Position numbers and translations under genes: made by a program | Assembly: GCA_965644265.1 (NCBI GenBank) | Contig: OZ286461.1 | Location: 114,948,001 to 115,012,000, forward strand | From: Glycera tridactyla | Lineage: Eukaryota | Direction: 5' to 3' | DNA length: 64,000 nucleotides | In this document: one piece after another, positions 51,701 through 64,000 of the stretch | How positions within the stretch are numbered: position 1 is the stretch's first letter | Layout of the letters: the number at the start of each line of letters is the position of its first letter | Notes under the pieces: model-generated | What the model was told of the DNA's origin: nothing | The model's input: only the letters and a program-made list of their open reading frames with translations | The model's database searches: none

Positions 51701-52393
51701 TGATAAGCGATGTTGGCGCGAATCGAACGCGGGCTTTATCGATCGCAATTTCTACAATCCTCTTGAAAGAAGGCCACTCTCCTGAGGTGTGAGGACACCT
51801 GAATAGCTCCACTTTGATCTCGCCGATTGAGTTGATTCCTCATCAGTGCTCACAACCTTTTGATGGTGCCTGAACATCATCGTCACCCTCCAGGAGTTTT
51901 CTTGGTTGGTTGGTTAGTTTGTCGGCTGGTTGGTTGGTTGATTGGTTGCTTGGTCGGGGTTTAACTGCATGTATCAGCGCTGGGGGAATGAATGCGGTGA
52001 GTTCGATGTTCTCTCCCCCGCGCTCAGCACTCTCACAAACCTTGCAATGCCGATATCTGCAGAACCGGCTATGAAAAAACCGAACACCAAATCATATCCA
52101 TGAATTCTTTCCGAATTTGTCGAATCTTTCTGTTTTCTTTTATGCCTTGCCATTGACACATATTTTGCCACATTTGATTGAATTTCTCTAACGAATTAAG
52201 ACTGATTTCAAACACAAAAGTATCTCAAACTTCGTAGAGAGGTAACACATACATGTATTCGCTTGATGAGTTCCGAGATATATTCTGCCAGGCGTTGTAT
52301 ATTGGATCACTGAATTTATCTAATCAATATCATTCATCGCAGTCTGCTTCCTATCATATACCAGGATGTCCCTATCTCAGCGACTACACATGC

Positions 52394-52396
<3 letters not shown>

Positions 52397-52446
<50 letters not shown>

Positions 52447-52455
52447 TATATATAT
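52397..52455. repeat. (AT)n microsatellite
   Basis: Direct reading. Confidence 0.95.
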
Positions 52456-53255
52456 AATGTACACTTGCACCAGCATTTCATCTGGTTTCTTAGCATCCAG
52501 CTCATCTTTCATATACGCTCTCTCGCATATGCAGCTGCACCACTCAGGCTGCAGTGCTTGTACCATATGCGGGCTTTCATATAAATTCCTCTATATAACA
52601 CATGGCTCAGACATTATCACCTTACAATCAAATCTATTTTAAGAGACCAGATTTGGGCATAAAATGAAGTGGTTTTAGTGAGAACGTGGTCACATCCGTC
52701 CAAATTCAGAGAATCCGAACATATTCTCGAATGAATAGATATGCCTTCAGAGTATCTCCCGTGATGAGAATCTCTTAGGAGAGGCGTTCGTTAGAGTAGG
52801 TCCAGCTATGCTGGAAATATCATTGTCGTCATCGTTAGTGTCGATGCCACCATCGTCGTTGTCGTCTTTGTTGTTGCAGAGAGAAAAAAAGGGGAAGTGA
52901 AGAAAAGAAAATCTGTTGATAGTGTAATTCTGGTAGAGAATGCCTAAAGACTGATGGCAGAAAATTCGGGAGGTATGTGAGAAGGGGTGATCATACACCT
53001 GGGCCATATCATGCCCGATGGCAACACGACCATGGACTGATGGATCTTAAATGACTCCACCCAAGCTCAATACATTGGTGTCTCAATATAGCCCAGTTGT
53101 GGTTCACGGGATGTAAAGCAACGATCCAACCATCCTCCATGATCATGCAACTGCCACCACCTTCAACATCATCTCCAACACCATCACCAGCACCTTCAGC
53201 AACACAATCACCATCGACAACAACGCACAACATCACCACCACCAGCGTTACCACT

Positions 53256-53305
<50 letters not shown>
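53256..53305 (+). repeat. (AAC)n microsatellite
   Basis: Direct reading. Confidence 0.95.
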
Positions 53306-53307
<2 letters not shown>

Positions 53308-55550
53308 CAAACAAGAGATAATAACATCACAATTGTCAACACTGCCATAGTCACTGCCACCACAATCGCTATTTCGATCTCTCCATCTCATCTCTATCCT
53401 TACTCTCCTTTTCTTCCTCCATCCAGTCGCTCATCATTCCATAGTTAAGTGTGTCTATTCACGTCGCTATCATTGTGTCTTCACTCTCATAAAAACCCTA
53501 GCAACGTGAGAGGCAGCTGTGGAATTTGTAATGGCAGTAGCTGTCGCTGAAAGAAGCTGCATTCCTCATTGTGAGTACGGATAAGGAAGGATAATGAAGC
53601 ATTGTTCGATGGTGGAAGGCAACTTATTGGATTCCAGACACACTCATTAAGTCAGGTGTCACATTATCACACTCAGACACTGTACCCAGAGTACGAGACA
53701 CCCACTCATATCCAAACTTTCCAGGACACTACGTCAACATGGCTGGTATTTCGGTTGACCAAAGTCTGTCAAGTTCAATTGTTGCGGGACGTTTCTGGCC
53801 CTAGCATCGGACTGAATTGAGACTCACACACAGACATCGTTGCTATCTCCGATTTCACGCTGATTTCGCGGAGAGTGCTGCGGCCGCATCTCCACTGTTT
53901 CACATACAAATAATCGTCGATGATGCCGGCGGATTCGCCATAAGATGTAATGAAATGATAGGATATCCTTTTCAAAAGCATGTCCACTAAGCGAAACCGG
54001 GTTAACAGAACGTCGGAAGACTTCTACAATTCGTTAGTGTCATTGAAATAAAATTCGGACGAGAAATGACGATTTCAACGTGTGAAACTTACCCGCCACA
54101 TTTGGATTTGACAGAGTTTTCGTCAACGTGTTTGGTCTGTCCGTTGACTAACATCCTACGAGTACCACGTGGACATTGTGGGATCGTGCTGGGTCGCTGC
54201 CAGAAGGGGAAATAAACATAATCATGGAATCGTCCGAGCACTTGACTGATATTCTTGGAGTCTGGAAATGGCGATGATGATGACGGCGATAACGGCGACG
54301 ACGACGACGAAGACAACGACGACGATGTCAGTAATACGACATTTCAAGTTTTTCTGTTGACGATGACATAGACAGATTGATGTAATACCTGGCGAGTTCA
54401 GTTTTCAAATACTATCTTGAAGATAATTCCTGTCTTCACTTTGCAGATGCCAACTTTTCAAACATGGTCATCGCGTGAACGTTTTTTCACGAAACTGTCT
54501 GATTTCTAAACTTGATAAAAGTGAGCATATCTGTCAAAAGGTCATAAGTTTGACCATGTTTGCGATCCAAGCATGATGACTATCTGAACATCATAGATTT
54601 AAGCATGTTTAGGATCTGAACCTCTATGTACATCAATCATCGGGGGGCTGATCATGTTTGGTGATTCAAAACGTTCCACGTCTGTATCTGTGTATGAATA
54701 TTCATTCTGGAATGCACGCTACTCACAACATGAAACCAAGGCTGAAGATGACATCATTGATTGAATCATGATTTTATTCACATGACTCCTGAATAATGTT
54801 TTCAATCAAATATCAAATAAATGATTGAGCATAAGTATAGTACCCAAATTACATAGCATGCTTGGTTGAAGAGGATTTGATTTCGACTTAAGAACTTTTT
54901 TAGGCAAAAAAACATTCGAGCAAGCAGGTTCATATCTTTATGCTAACAAGGATACAATTGAACATATATATCAGACACACATATGGATAAGTAATATAGA
55001 TTGAGATAAAGTGAAATATGATTGGTGGGTGATTTGGGTAGGTTTACACAGTGTAGATTAGGCCAGTCTGCTATATTTCTGAGACTCACACTGGTCATGT
55101 TTCTTGACAAAAGCCAGGCTAAAGCAAGGGTTGGTGCCTCACCATCGCGCATTCGTGCCGTACATAACTTCACTAGTGCTGATTTAGTCCACATCATAAG
55201 TGCATGTATAATTAGGCTGTAGTTAGGGAGAAGAAGTTTCTATTTATAGTACATCTCCATCATCACCATGGACACTCGAGGCATCATCTGATACACACAT
55301 GTGTGTGATTAGTAGATGAGTGGTACATGCCAGTCCTCATCTGTCTCTGTGTGTTGTTTGCTGCGAAGTGAAAGCCTCTTAAGTACAATATATTAACGTT
55401 ATGATGCATCTACCACCACCATCACCGCCGCCACCTTTAACACCAACACCACCACTACAATCACCACCGCATCCATCACATCCACCACCACCACCATCAC
55501 CACCAACAACATCACTACCACAAGAACTGCGGCAAGCCGCATGAAAAATT

Positions 55551-55963
55551 CGTAGGACCCGAACATTCGTAGTCTAGTTCCCGGACCAACCAGTAGATGT
55601 CAGCCACTTTCTGCCACCTAGCGGTTGTGGCGGGAATCTCTTCTGGCGTTAATTTATTCAAGATGGCGGCTGGTTTTCGATCGCGTGAGATGTTCCTATC
55701 AATTAATGTGTTCTGTATATTCTTCGCGATATTTTCATCAGAGTTTTACAGGTTTCACTTGCGCTTACGTTCGTTCGTTAGAATTTGCAACTATAATGGC
55801 CAATGAGGATTCTCCATCGTGTCGGCTGCGTTCCAAGATGGCGTCGTAAATGGCAGTCCCGCAGTCACATCGTGAATACAATCTACGGACATGAGGACGC
55901 CTTCGGCGGCCGTCGACGCCCTTCAGGCGTCTCCAGTCGCCTCTGGCGGCCTCGGGTCCTACG
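55551..55963. mobile_element. GC-rich ~410-bp element bounded by a perfect 12-bp inverted repeat (MITE or Helentron-derived type)
   Basis: CGTAGGACCCGA (55551-55562) / TCGGGTCCTACG (55952-55963). Small hairpin CGCC-TTC-GGCG at 55898-55908. CpG-rich relative to the simple-repeat flanks. Confidence 0.55.
55611..55843. promoter_or_regulatory. Cluster of CTCF-like and YY1-like motifs inside the 55.6-kb element
   Basis: CTGCCACCTAGCGG (55611-55624; 13 of 14 positions fit SYGCCMYCTRSTGG), CAAGATGGCGGC (55659-55670) and CAAGATGGCG (55834-55843). Motif match only. Confidence 0.3.
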
Positions 55964-55989
55964 GATAATCTTTGCCGCCTCCAGCATCG

Positions 55990-56240
55990 TTTCTGTTTTG
56001 ATAATGATATTAGTGCACATGATTATCTTAATAGTCATATCAATAATGATGACAATGATGATCTCCACAACAATGATTGTGATAACAATGATGGTAATGA
56101 TAATGATGATAATGACAAAGGAAAGAAAATGATAGAGACAGAAGATGATAATGATGACAAGAATAAAAATAGTAACGTATCCAAGATGAAATTATCATTA
56201 TTGTTATTGTCATTTTTCATCGCTATCATGATTATCATCA
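55990..56240 (+). repeat. (GAT/AAT)n-rich low-complexity tract
   Basis: Direct reading. Confidence 0.8.
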
Positions 56241-57619
56241 TTATAATCCGTTGGGAGGAAGCAGCAGATAGCTTCTTGAATCTACGCGAACAGTCTGAAG
56301 TCGGCAGTATTACATCACCAACCCCCTTATAGAAGCTGAGGTGAAAACTTCACCAAGCAGTTTATTCTATTCCAGGGTTCCATGAAGCGTAATATCAAGA
56401 TTTATATATGCTGACATGACCTATGATTCGTCACATATATCAGGGAGGAGAGCGTGATGACTTGAATGACGATGAGGGCGAGCTGTCCTCTTACCTTGCA
56501 TTGATGTACGCGGGGGAGGAGAGCCCAACAAAAAGTCACGCACGTGATTGACATTCTCCACGTCACATAGCTTCTTCACCAAGATATTTATCAAGTCCGT
56601 CGAATCCAAAGATGTCTGTCACGTTTCAAACGCTCAATCCACCATTTGTTCTCCAATCATGCTTTCACCGTTTCTACCGGCTCGTGAAAATGTTAATCTG
56701 AATGTATTCCAGTCTGGTATACTCAGTACCTTTCACCCGTCATGGCAATAGCATGCCTCGGCACGCCTGTAGAATCTCGAACCTATTCGGTCTACCTGGT
56801 AAGTATACAACCACACTCACAGAATTAGATGAATTGGCTAGACATATGTGAATTGGCTAGGCACTTCACCATCACTATGACTGCCTATAACCAGGTAAAT
56901 CACCTGGTCACCTTCACACAAGGGTGCTTACAGTGGGAATCTCCGGCGATCATAGTATCCAATTTTCAAAAGGTAAGCATCCAAATACTTCATGCAGGTA
57001 TTCGGGGTGGGCGACATCCCTATCCCTACTGTTTTGACTGGCACCAGCTGATAATGTTGGCCGATCCATCGTGTAGATGCACACAATGAGAGCATGTCCT
57101 CTTCCACAGCACAAAGACCACTCAGGATTATGTGGGATAAACAAATGTAAATGTAGTGGTTTTTATTATTTCTTTATTTTAATCTCAATGTTTGGCCCTT
57201 AGCTGAAAACCAGATAAATTCAGGCCAAGTGAGAACAAACTGCTCTATATACGATATGTACAAAGTTTTTGCAAGCTTTATTCACATAACACAGTAGTAA
57301 ATGAGGGACGGTACACCATGTTGATTTGTCACATAGATAGAGATCTCAAGTTATTCTAATGATGGTAGAGACAGCTGTTGTATATGTCAGGTAGTCAGTC
57401 AAAACCGGACGAGCGGTGAATGTACGTTGAGGTGTCACACTATAATCGTTGGAGGTCATTCTCTGCGTCTTTCCTTTAATATAAGTCTCTTGACCTTGGA
57501 TATGTCTTTTTGATGTTCTGGTAATTTATTCCAAAGGATGCTTCCTCTTATGGATAGATTTTGGCGTGCTTGGTCGCAGTTGAATCTGGGTATATAGATG
57601 AGACGGCGGGTTGACTGGC

Positions 57620-57805
57620 CGGTTTACAGTCTGATACCCGTAGCAAGTTCACCCGACTTTACAATTACATTCCTTGGCAGGCCTGTTCAAGTTTGAGACA
57701 CAGAGTTGACTGCGTGGGCTAAGCACTCCACATTCACCATCACTGTCTATAATCCAAGTACTCATTCACACCTGGGTGAAGTGCAGTGATGGAGTACAAA
57801 GGTCA
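57620..57805. mobile_element. SINE fragment (Meta/Deu-domain-like), copy 2
   Basis: Homologous to 41944-42105. Also has ACTGTCTATA...GTACTCATTCACACCTGGGTGAA, which resembles, from memory, the conserved core of invertebrate Meta/Deu-type SINEs. Confidence 0.55.
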
Positions 57806-59539
57806 GTTACCTCAACTCAGAAGTATCTCCTTGGTGACGCAGATCATACAGATCTATGTATTGGTTCACGTCCGGTATTGGATGGTGAATATTATCCATT
57901 TTGGTCACCCATTCGAGGAGGAGCCATGCTCACTGTTGTCAACGGCGCAGTTCAGTTAAGAACAGGGGTGTCTGCCGATAATTCGCCACTTTAAATTCAT
58001 CAAAACTCAAATCGGGTGGGAAATGGCGAACCGAGCGTGTGGAACATATCCATCGTGTTTGAATATGACGGAGTTACTTATTGACTATACATTTGCCGTC
58101 GTGAGCAGCGAGTCTGGTATCATCACATCATCTCAGCTGCCCGTCCTCCTATTCACTAGAGGCACTACGTTATGAACGAATTACGTCTTCAAATTTAGTC
58201 TGACGTCAAGCTCACGACATATGACGTGACAAATGCAGACTGGGCTAGTTCAGAATACTAAATGATTCATGTCTGGCATGCCAACTTGAGTCCCCTGGTA
58301 TGGGCCGACTGGTGGCCAGGCAAATATCATTCTGTCCACGGTGAATGGCGCATTTCTTTCTTCACTTGAAAACAGGTAATGAAGTCGAGCCTGCTCGAGA
58401 GACCACATCAGTATGGAGGCCATTCTCTTCAAAAGCTACCTTCAACTCTAAATAACTGGAAATAACTTTATTTTCTGACCGTAATTCCATCCAAACAACC
58501 TCCCCATAAAGGCCATCCGTGTATTGAGAACGCCTTCCGATGATCCGGAGGCGATTCCCAACTATTTAGCCAGCTGGGAACTCATACCCAAGCCTGATAA
58601 GCGAATGTGTATTAATTTTTCATTGGCGGCGATGTTCACCCAAATTCTTGTTTTCACACAATACGGCATTTTTCTGAGAACTTCTGTAATATTATATTAT
58701 TAGACCCTCGGACACATATCCAGCCAATCCTGTATTCAATAACTACCCTTAGGAAATTGAAAAGTCGTTTGTGTGTTTGTTCATATGAAAACTTGCTTCC
58801 ATTCTAGAAGGGAACATCACAAAGATTTTATTTTCCCCTCTGAAGTACAACCATATAAAACACTAAACATGTGTATGAAGAAACAGATAAGTGCAGTGGC
58901 CAGAGTCAGGCAAGGAACGAATATACTTGAATTGTCGTAAGTATCACCATTCTTTCAACTCGGACATTCAAGGAAATTGGCAAGCACATGATCGATTACA
59001 GCACAGTGACTGATATGCCACTTTATCTTGACAGATCAATTGCGTAATAAAGGTAAATTGTAGTGAAAAATATTCTAGCGGCATATTGAAAAGTAGCTGC
59101 TCAAGGCAGGTATTTGCTGAATACAGCGATATATATATGCCATCGCCTCGGGAAGATATGTGTCGAGTGAGGAATCCATGAAGATTCAGCCCCCTCCGTA
59201 CAATTCCCCTGTGGCCGAGGATAGGACGGAAGCTGTCTGCCACGATCTAGCAGGTATTGCTATGGCTTCTGGGTGATGGGCTCTAATTCTCCGTCATATG
59301 CTGAGCATTTGAAATTATTTCTTTTGAGAATTAATTATTTTGTGAATGAGCTCCCTCTGGGAGTTGCGAGACAGAGAAGAGGCAGATCAAAGGAATATCG
59401 CCATCTATATGCAGGCATCTATTAATGCTGAACATGCATCTCATCAATACATCGAATATCTACCATGATATTGGATATGACTTCTCACCATTGTTCTTGC
59501 CTGTACAGAGAACGCAATACATGCAAGGAAAGATATGCA

Positions 59540-60030
59540 AAGCAATACATGGACGGTATATGAGGCAATGAGCAAAGCAATGCAATAAGGCAAGACATGC
59601 AAGGCTGTACATGCAAGGCAAAGCATGCAAAACAAACTCTGGAGTGCAAGGTATATGAGGCAATAAGCAAAGCAATGCAATAAGGCAAGGCATGCGAGGC
59701 ACTACACGCAACGCGAGACATGCAAGGCAAAGCACAAAGGACAAGTAATATAAGGCAATAAGCAAAGCAATGCAATAAGGCAAGGCTTGCGAGGCAAGAC
59801 ATGTGAGGCATGACATGCAAGGCAAATCATAAAGGACAAGCAATATAAGGCAATGAGCAAAGCGATGTAATAAGACAAGGCTTGCAAGGCAAGACATGTG
59901 AGGCATGATATGCAAGTCAAAACATGGAGGGAAGTTATACGAGGCAATTAGCAAAGCGATGCAGTAAGACAAGGCATGCAAGGCAAGACATACAAAGCAA
60001 AACCTACAAGGCAAAACATTCGAGGCAGGG
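59540..60030 (+). repeat. ~95-bp minisatellite (5 copies) built from GGCAA/GCAAA pentamers
   Basis: The anchor (G/A)AGGCAAT(G/A/T)AGCAAAGC(A/G)ATG occurs at 59562, 59657, 59752, 59847 and 59941. Confidence 0.9.
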
Positions 60031-61010
60031 CATCCAAGCCACCACACGCTAGACAACACAAGCTAGTCAAGGTATGCAAAGCAAGGAATGCGCAGTGCTA
60101 CATGAATGCCAGGATGTGCAAGTCAGCACGTGCAAGGCCAAATTTGCCAGGTGCAACGTGCGAGGCAAATCATCTCACTCATCATCCCTTCAACGGGAGC
60201 ACAGAGCACAGATGTGATTCTTTTGGAATCCCGAAGACATGGCGCGAATGATTCATAGAAAATCACACGAAACTGTTTGCACTGAATCGTGACAGTGTGA
60301 CACATGGTAGTCAATGATATGTCTTGTGAGAGGAAGCGTGTCCTATAGCAGTGACAGTATCTTAGTCTGCAAATAAACACCACAGTGCATGACATGCTTC
60401 AATTTCACTGACTGAATGACCTACAACCAGTGATGAACTAGTCAGACCTTCGACTTTTGTTCCTAGAAAGAAGGATACTTGAACGATCCCACCTATGCCC
60501 ATTGCCCGGGCGTCAGAACATAGCACATGTTGAGCTGACATGATATCAACCTAGAACGAAGCAATCCACCAGGCCTTTCCTCATATTGGGAAAATATTTC
60601 CCCAGCTACTCCGATATCCGTGGATGTGTTTTCAGACATCAGCCAGCATGATGTTAGTGAAAAGAAAAGAATTCCATAAAGTATGACAGATATGTATCTT
60701 TTCCTGCAGTCTAAGACAAAGCTATTGGTGCTATCAGAGCTATGGAATCTTCATGCGTTTGTTGTCTGCCGTCATTGTGAGGCGTACTGTACAGTGAACT
60801 GTTACTGGGGCAGAGCTTTCACCCGTGAGTGATATAAATGAGGAAAGCATGAAGGCATCAGCAAGTGATCAGTCAAAATTAAAGCTGACTACACAATTAA
60901 CTATAGTGGTGTCAGCATTAGGCCCGCGATCCTGACAAGTCCATTGACAAATGAAAGTCATGGAATGCTCTGTATTCACGTATCAGCTGTCTCTCACTGC
61001 CGTTACAACC

Positions 61011-64000
61011 TTTTTTTTCAAATTCTTTATTTTACGCTCAACAAGGTAGTCCCATATCTGAAGGCCAGATACTTTCGGGACCAAATTGAGAACAGTAACA
61101 ATATATACATTATATACAAGACATATTACATGCATGGCACAACATGAAATCGACAGGTGGTAATGACCCTTATATATCAAAGAATAATAATGAGAGATAA
61201 TGGGTAATAGGGTACTTCCATCATGCATAGTTCAAGTTTTTTAGACAATCTGACTCCAGTCGTAAGAGATGCTTCCTGAGGAGTTTCGGATTGTCGATTT
61301 GTTTGTTGATTTCATTAAGTTCATTCCAGTAGGTGGCTCCTCGATAGAACATGTTTTTCTTCGATATTTCGCATTTTACTCTAGGAATGTGGACGAGTGC
61401 TTTTTCTGCCTGTCGCGTATCGATTCCGGTGTTTTCTTTCATAGTTATTCTGTGGTTTATTAACGGGGGTGCTATATTTTTTACTATTTTATGGATTTCT
61501 ATGGTTGATCGAATTTTCCTTTGTGTGTCTAAGAATAGGGTGTCAGTTGACTTGTGTACATAGATGGTTGGAGTGAGACGACTCACGTTCAGAACACTTT
61601 TCAATACCTTATTTTGAGCATGTTGTAGTTTCGATTTGTTTGTGACTGTTGAACCGTCATAAATGAAGTCGGCATAGTCAAATATCGGTGCAATATAGGT
61701 TTTATATATTCTCATGGCTATTCCTCGGTTTATGTAGGGTCTTAGCCGCCATAGCATACCAGTCTTGTGTTTCACTTTTTTACATATTTTATTTATGTGA
61801 TCTGAAAAAGTTAAAGTCGAATCAAGTGTCATACCTAGATACTTAAAATTTGTTGTCTTTGCAATTTTTCCTTCATCCATCACCATTTCTGTATTTCTAG
61901 TTTTTCTTACGTTTGCATTACTCCCAAAAATCATAAAGTTACTTTTTGTGATGTTTAATGTAAGTTTGTTGCTGTTGAACCATAACTGCAGGGATGTCAG
62001 ATTGACTTTAAGTGAGTCTATAACAGATTGCGTATCGCGATGTGAGTAAAGGATGGCGGTGTCATCTGCGTATAAAAATGGCTTTGCAGTTGGTACGTGA
62101 TCCACCAGGTCATTGATATAAATTGTAAATAGTAAAGGACCTAAGATCGAGCCCTGTGGGACCCCATGTTCGACCGATGTGAGGTTGGAAGTTTTTGTAT
62201 TTACCGTTGTCTTTTGGGTCCGATTTCTTAGATATGAGCCAAACCAGGAGATGGTGCTGGCCTTACAACCTACGCCTTTCAATTTATTCTCCAAGATTTC
62301 GTGATTCACAGTGTCAAATGCCTTGGATAGGTCCAGGAAGAGCACTCCACAAATTTCACCACGGTCAATAGATTTATAGATTTCATCAAGAAATGCCAAT
62401 AGGCATGTACCGGTGGAGTGTCTCTTCCTGAACCCAGCCTATGCATCTGACAAGATGTTGTTTGTTGTTAGGTGGTCGTATAATTGTCCATGTACTATCC
62501 TTTCCAAAACTTTGCTTAGTGTTGGCAGTATGGATATTGGTCTATAATTAATTGGTAAATTTGCATTGCCAGATTTATATAGGGGCTTGATATTTGCTAT
62601 TTTCCAGCAAGATGGGAAGGTTTTCTTAGTTATACTGAGATCAATTAGATATAGAATAGTATGACTGAGCGGTATTATGCCTATTTTTAGTATTTCAGAT
62701 GTTATTTCGTCATCAGCGCTGCATTTCGAGTTAGAAAGGTCCCTTATCGTTTCAATGATTTTGTCAATTGTTGTTTCATGTAGATCAAAGATCGGGGGAC
62801 TAGGTGTGGGAATATGCGGGGCATCTGTAGGTGGGATTTCGGTAATTAGTTTATTGGCTATATCGGAGAAATGTACATTTAGTTCATTCGCCATTTCTAC
62901 GTCATCTGTTTTATTATTGATTCTTTTGATGTCAGCTTCCTTTGATTTAGTTGCTGGGAAAAAATTTTTTATTTCTCGCCAGAAATTTTTCTCGTCATCC
63001 TTGTTTTGTTCTATTTTTGCAGATATATATTCAGATTTCAATTTTCTTTTTAGTTGGTTACATTCTCTAATTGCCTGTTGTTTGAGAGATAGAAGGAGGG
63101 TAGTTGGTTTCTTCTTGTACAGCCTTGATAGATATTCTCTACGGTCAATATGGCTAAGGAATAGCTTTGTTACCCAAGGTGCATTATTCACTCTAACTCT
63201 TGTTTGCTTTAGTGGCATATGTATATTGATCACAGTTAATAGAAGGGAATTAAATATCTCAACAGCCTCATTGATGTTCGAAGATGCTCTTACTGGTCCA
63301 AAGTCGATATTTGCCAGATCGTTTATGAAGTTGCTTTCAATGAAATTACGCCGTGAACGGATTGTGATAATCACTTTAGGATTAGGTACCTTCTTATATT
63401 TTCTACAAGTGAATACTAGACTGTGATCACTGAGACCCGGTTCAATTGTTCCCCAGCGATCGTATAGCTCAGTATTGTTCACACATATATGATCAATAAT
63501 GCTGGAGGTTCTTTTAGTAACTCGAGTTGCATATTGAATGATCTGAGTTAGGTTCTCTTTTGTGAGAAATTGTTTATAGGCTTTAGGGATATTTTGTGCT
63601 GATTTTGTGTCAATGTTCATATCACCGATTATAAGGGTGTCTGGATTTTTATCTGAAGAAATGTTATTGAGAGACTGACTTATTGAATCAAGGGCAGCTT
63701 TTAGATTTCCATCTGGCGGTCTATAACAGCCACAGATGAGTGTCGGCTTAGATCTTGGTAGTCTAAGAGTTAACCAGATTGTTTCAAGATCGCGGTCGCA
63801 ATTATTCAATTCTGGTGACGGTACAATTTCATATTTCTCCCTAACATATACAACAATTCCGCCTCCAGTCTTTTTACAGGATCCATTTGTTCGATCTTGA
63901 CGGTAAAGGTTAAGCCCATCGATCTTTATCTCATTGTCACATATGTCGCTATTCAAAAATGTCTCATTTAAAACAAGACAGTCCAATTTCGTTTTCGTTA
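61011..64000 (-). mobile_element. Non-LTR retrotransposon (LINE), CR1/L2 group, continuing past the window edge
   Basis: APE endonuclease plus RT ORF2. The 3' UTR has a stem-loop (61049-61081), AATAAA (61026-61031, minus) and A8 (61011-61018, minus). Confidence 0.95.
61221..64000 (-). pseudogene. LINE ORF2 (AP endonuclease plus reverse transcriptase) with one in-frame stop at 62439-62441
   Basis: EN motifs LNETFL, GGG.VVYV, CYRPP, GDMNID, IIDHI, SDH. RT motifs NYRPISILP, FLDLSKAFD, GVPQGSILGPLLF, YADDT, YLG. The two track ORFs are in the same frame, joined by SDA*AGFRKRHST, where Q is expected. Confidence 0.95.

Noticed and set aside
51820-51850. Minus-strand CTGATGAGG as a hammerhead
   Set aside because: No stem II followed by GAAA.
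62677-63426. 249-aa plus-strand ORF
   Set aside because: Antisense shadow of LINE ORF2.
1-64000. CRISPR arrays, operons, rRNA or other prokaryotic systems
   Set aside because: No repeat-spacer arrays and no dense ORFs. The sequence has eukaryotic microsatellites, LINE/Penelope elements and low coding density.

Overview
This is eukaryotic (metazoan, probably marine invertebrate) repeat-rich genomic DNA from a gapped assembly with nine N-runs. I recognise no intact host gene, and most long ORFs in the track come from microsatellites or N-runs. (1) A ~13.85-kb tandem segmental duplication (955-14378 / 14807-28232) has very patchy identity and carries decayed discoidin (F5/8 type C)-like coding relics on the minus strand. 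(2) A ~3.9-kb nearly C-free GAT/AGT/GGT array with higher-order structure lies at 29.6-33.5 kb. (3) Two different 5'-truncated Penelope-like retroelements lie at 44.0-46.3 kb. Each follows an (AT)n run, and each GIY-YIG C-terminus is followed about 0.5-0.6 kb later by a hammerhead-ribozyme-like core. The first is bracketed by an 85-bp near-perfect inverted repeat. (4) A young CR1/L2-group LINE at 61.0-64.0 kb (minus strand) has endonuclease plus RT interrupted by a single in-frame TAG, and retains a 3' stem-loop, AATAAA and an A-tail. (5) Several MITE/foldback/SINE-like elements and many simple repeats are also present. I cannot support a genuinely new biological system. The best leads are the Penelope/hammerhead cluster, the duplicated lectin-domain pseudogene and the near-invariant non-coding island inside the duplication. 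All identities and mismatch counts were read by eye, and family assignments rest on remembered motifs rather than searches.
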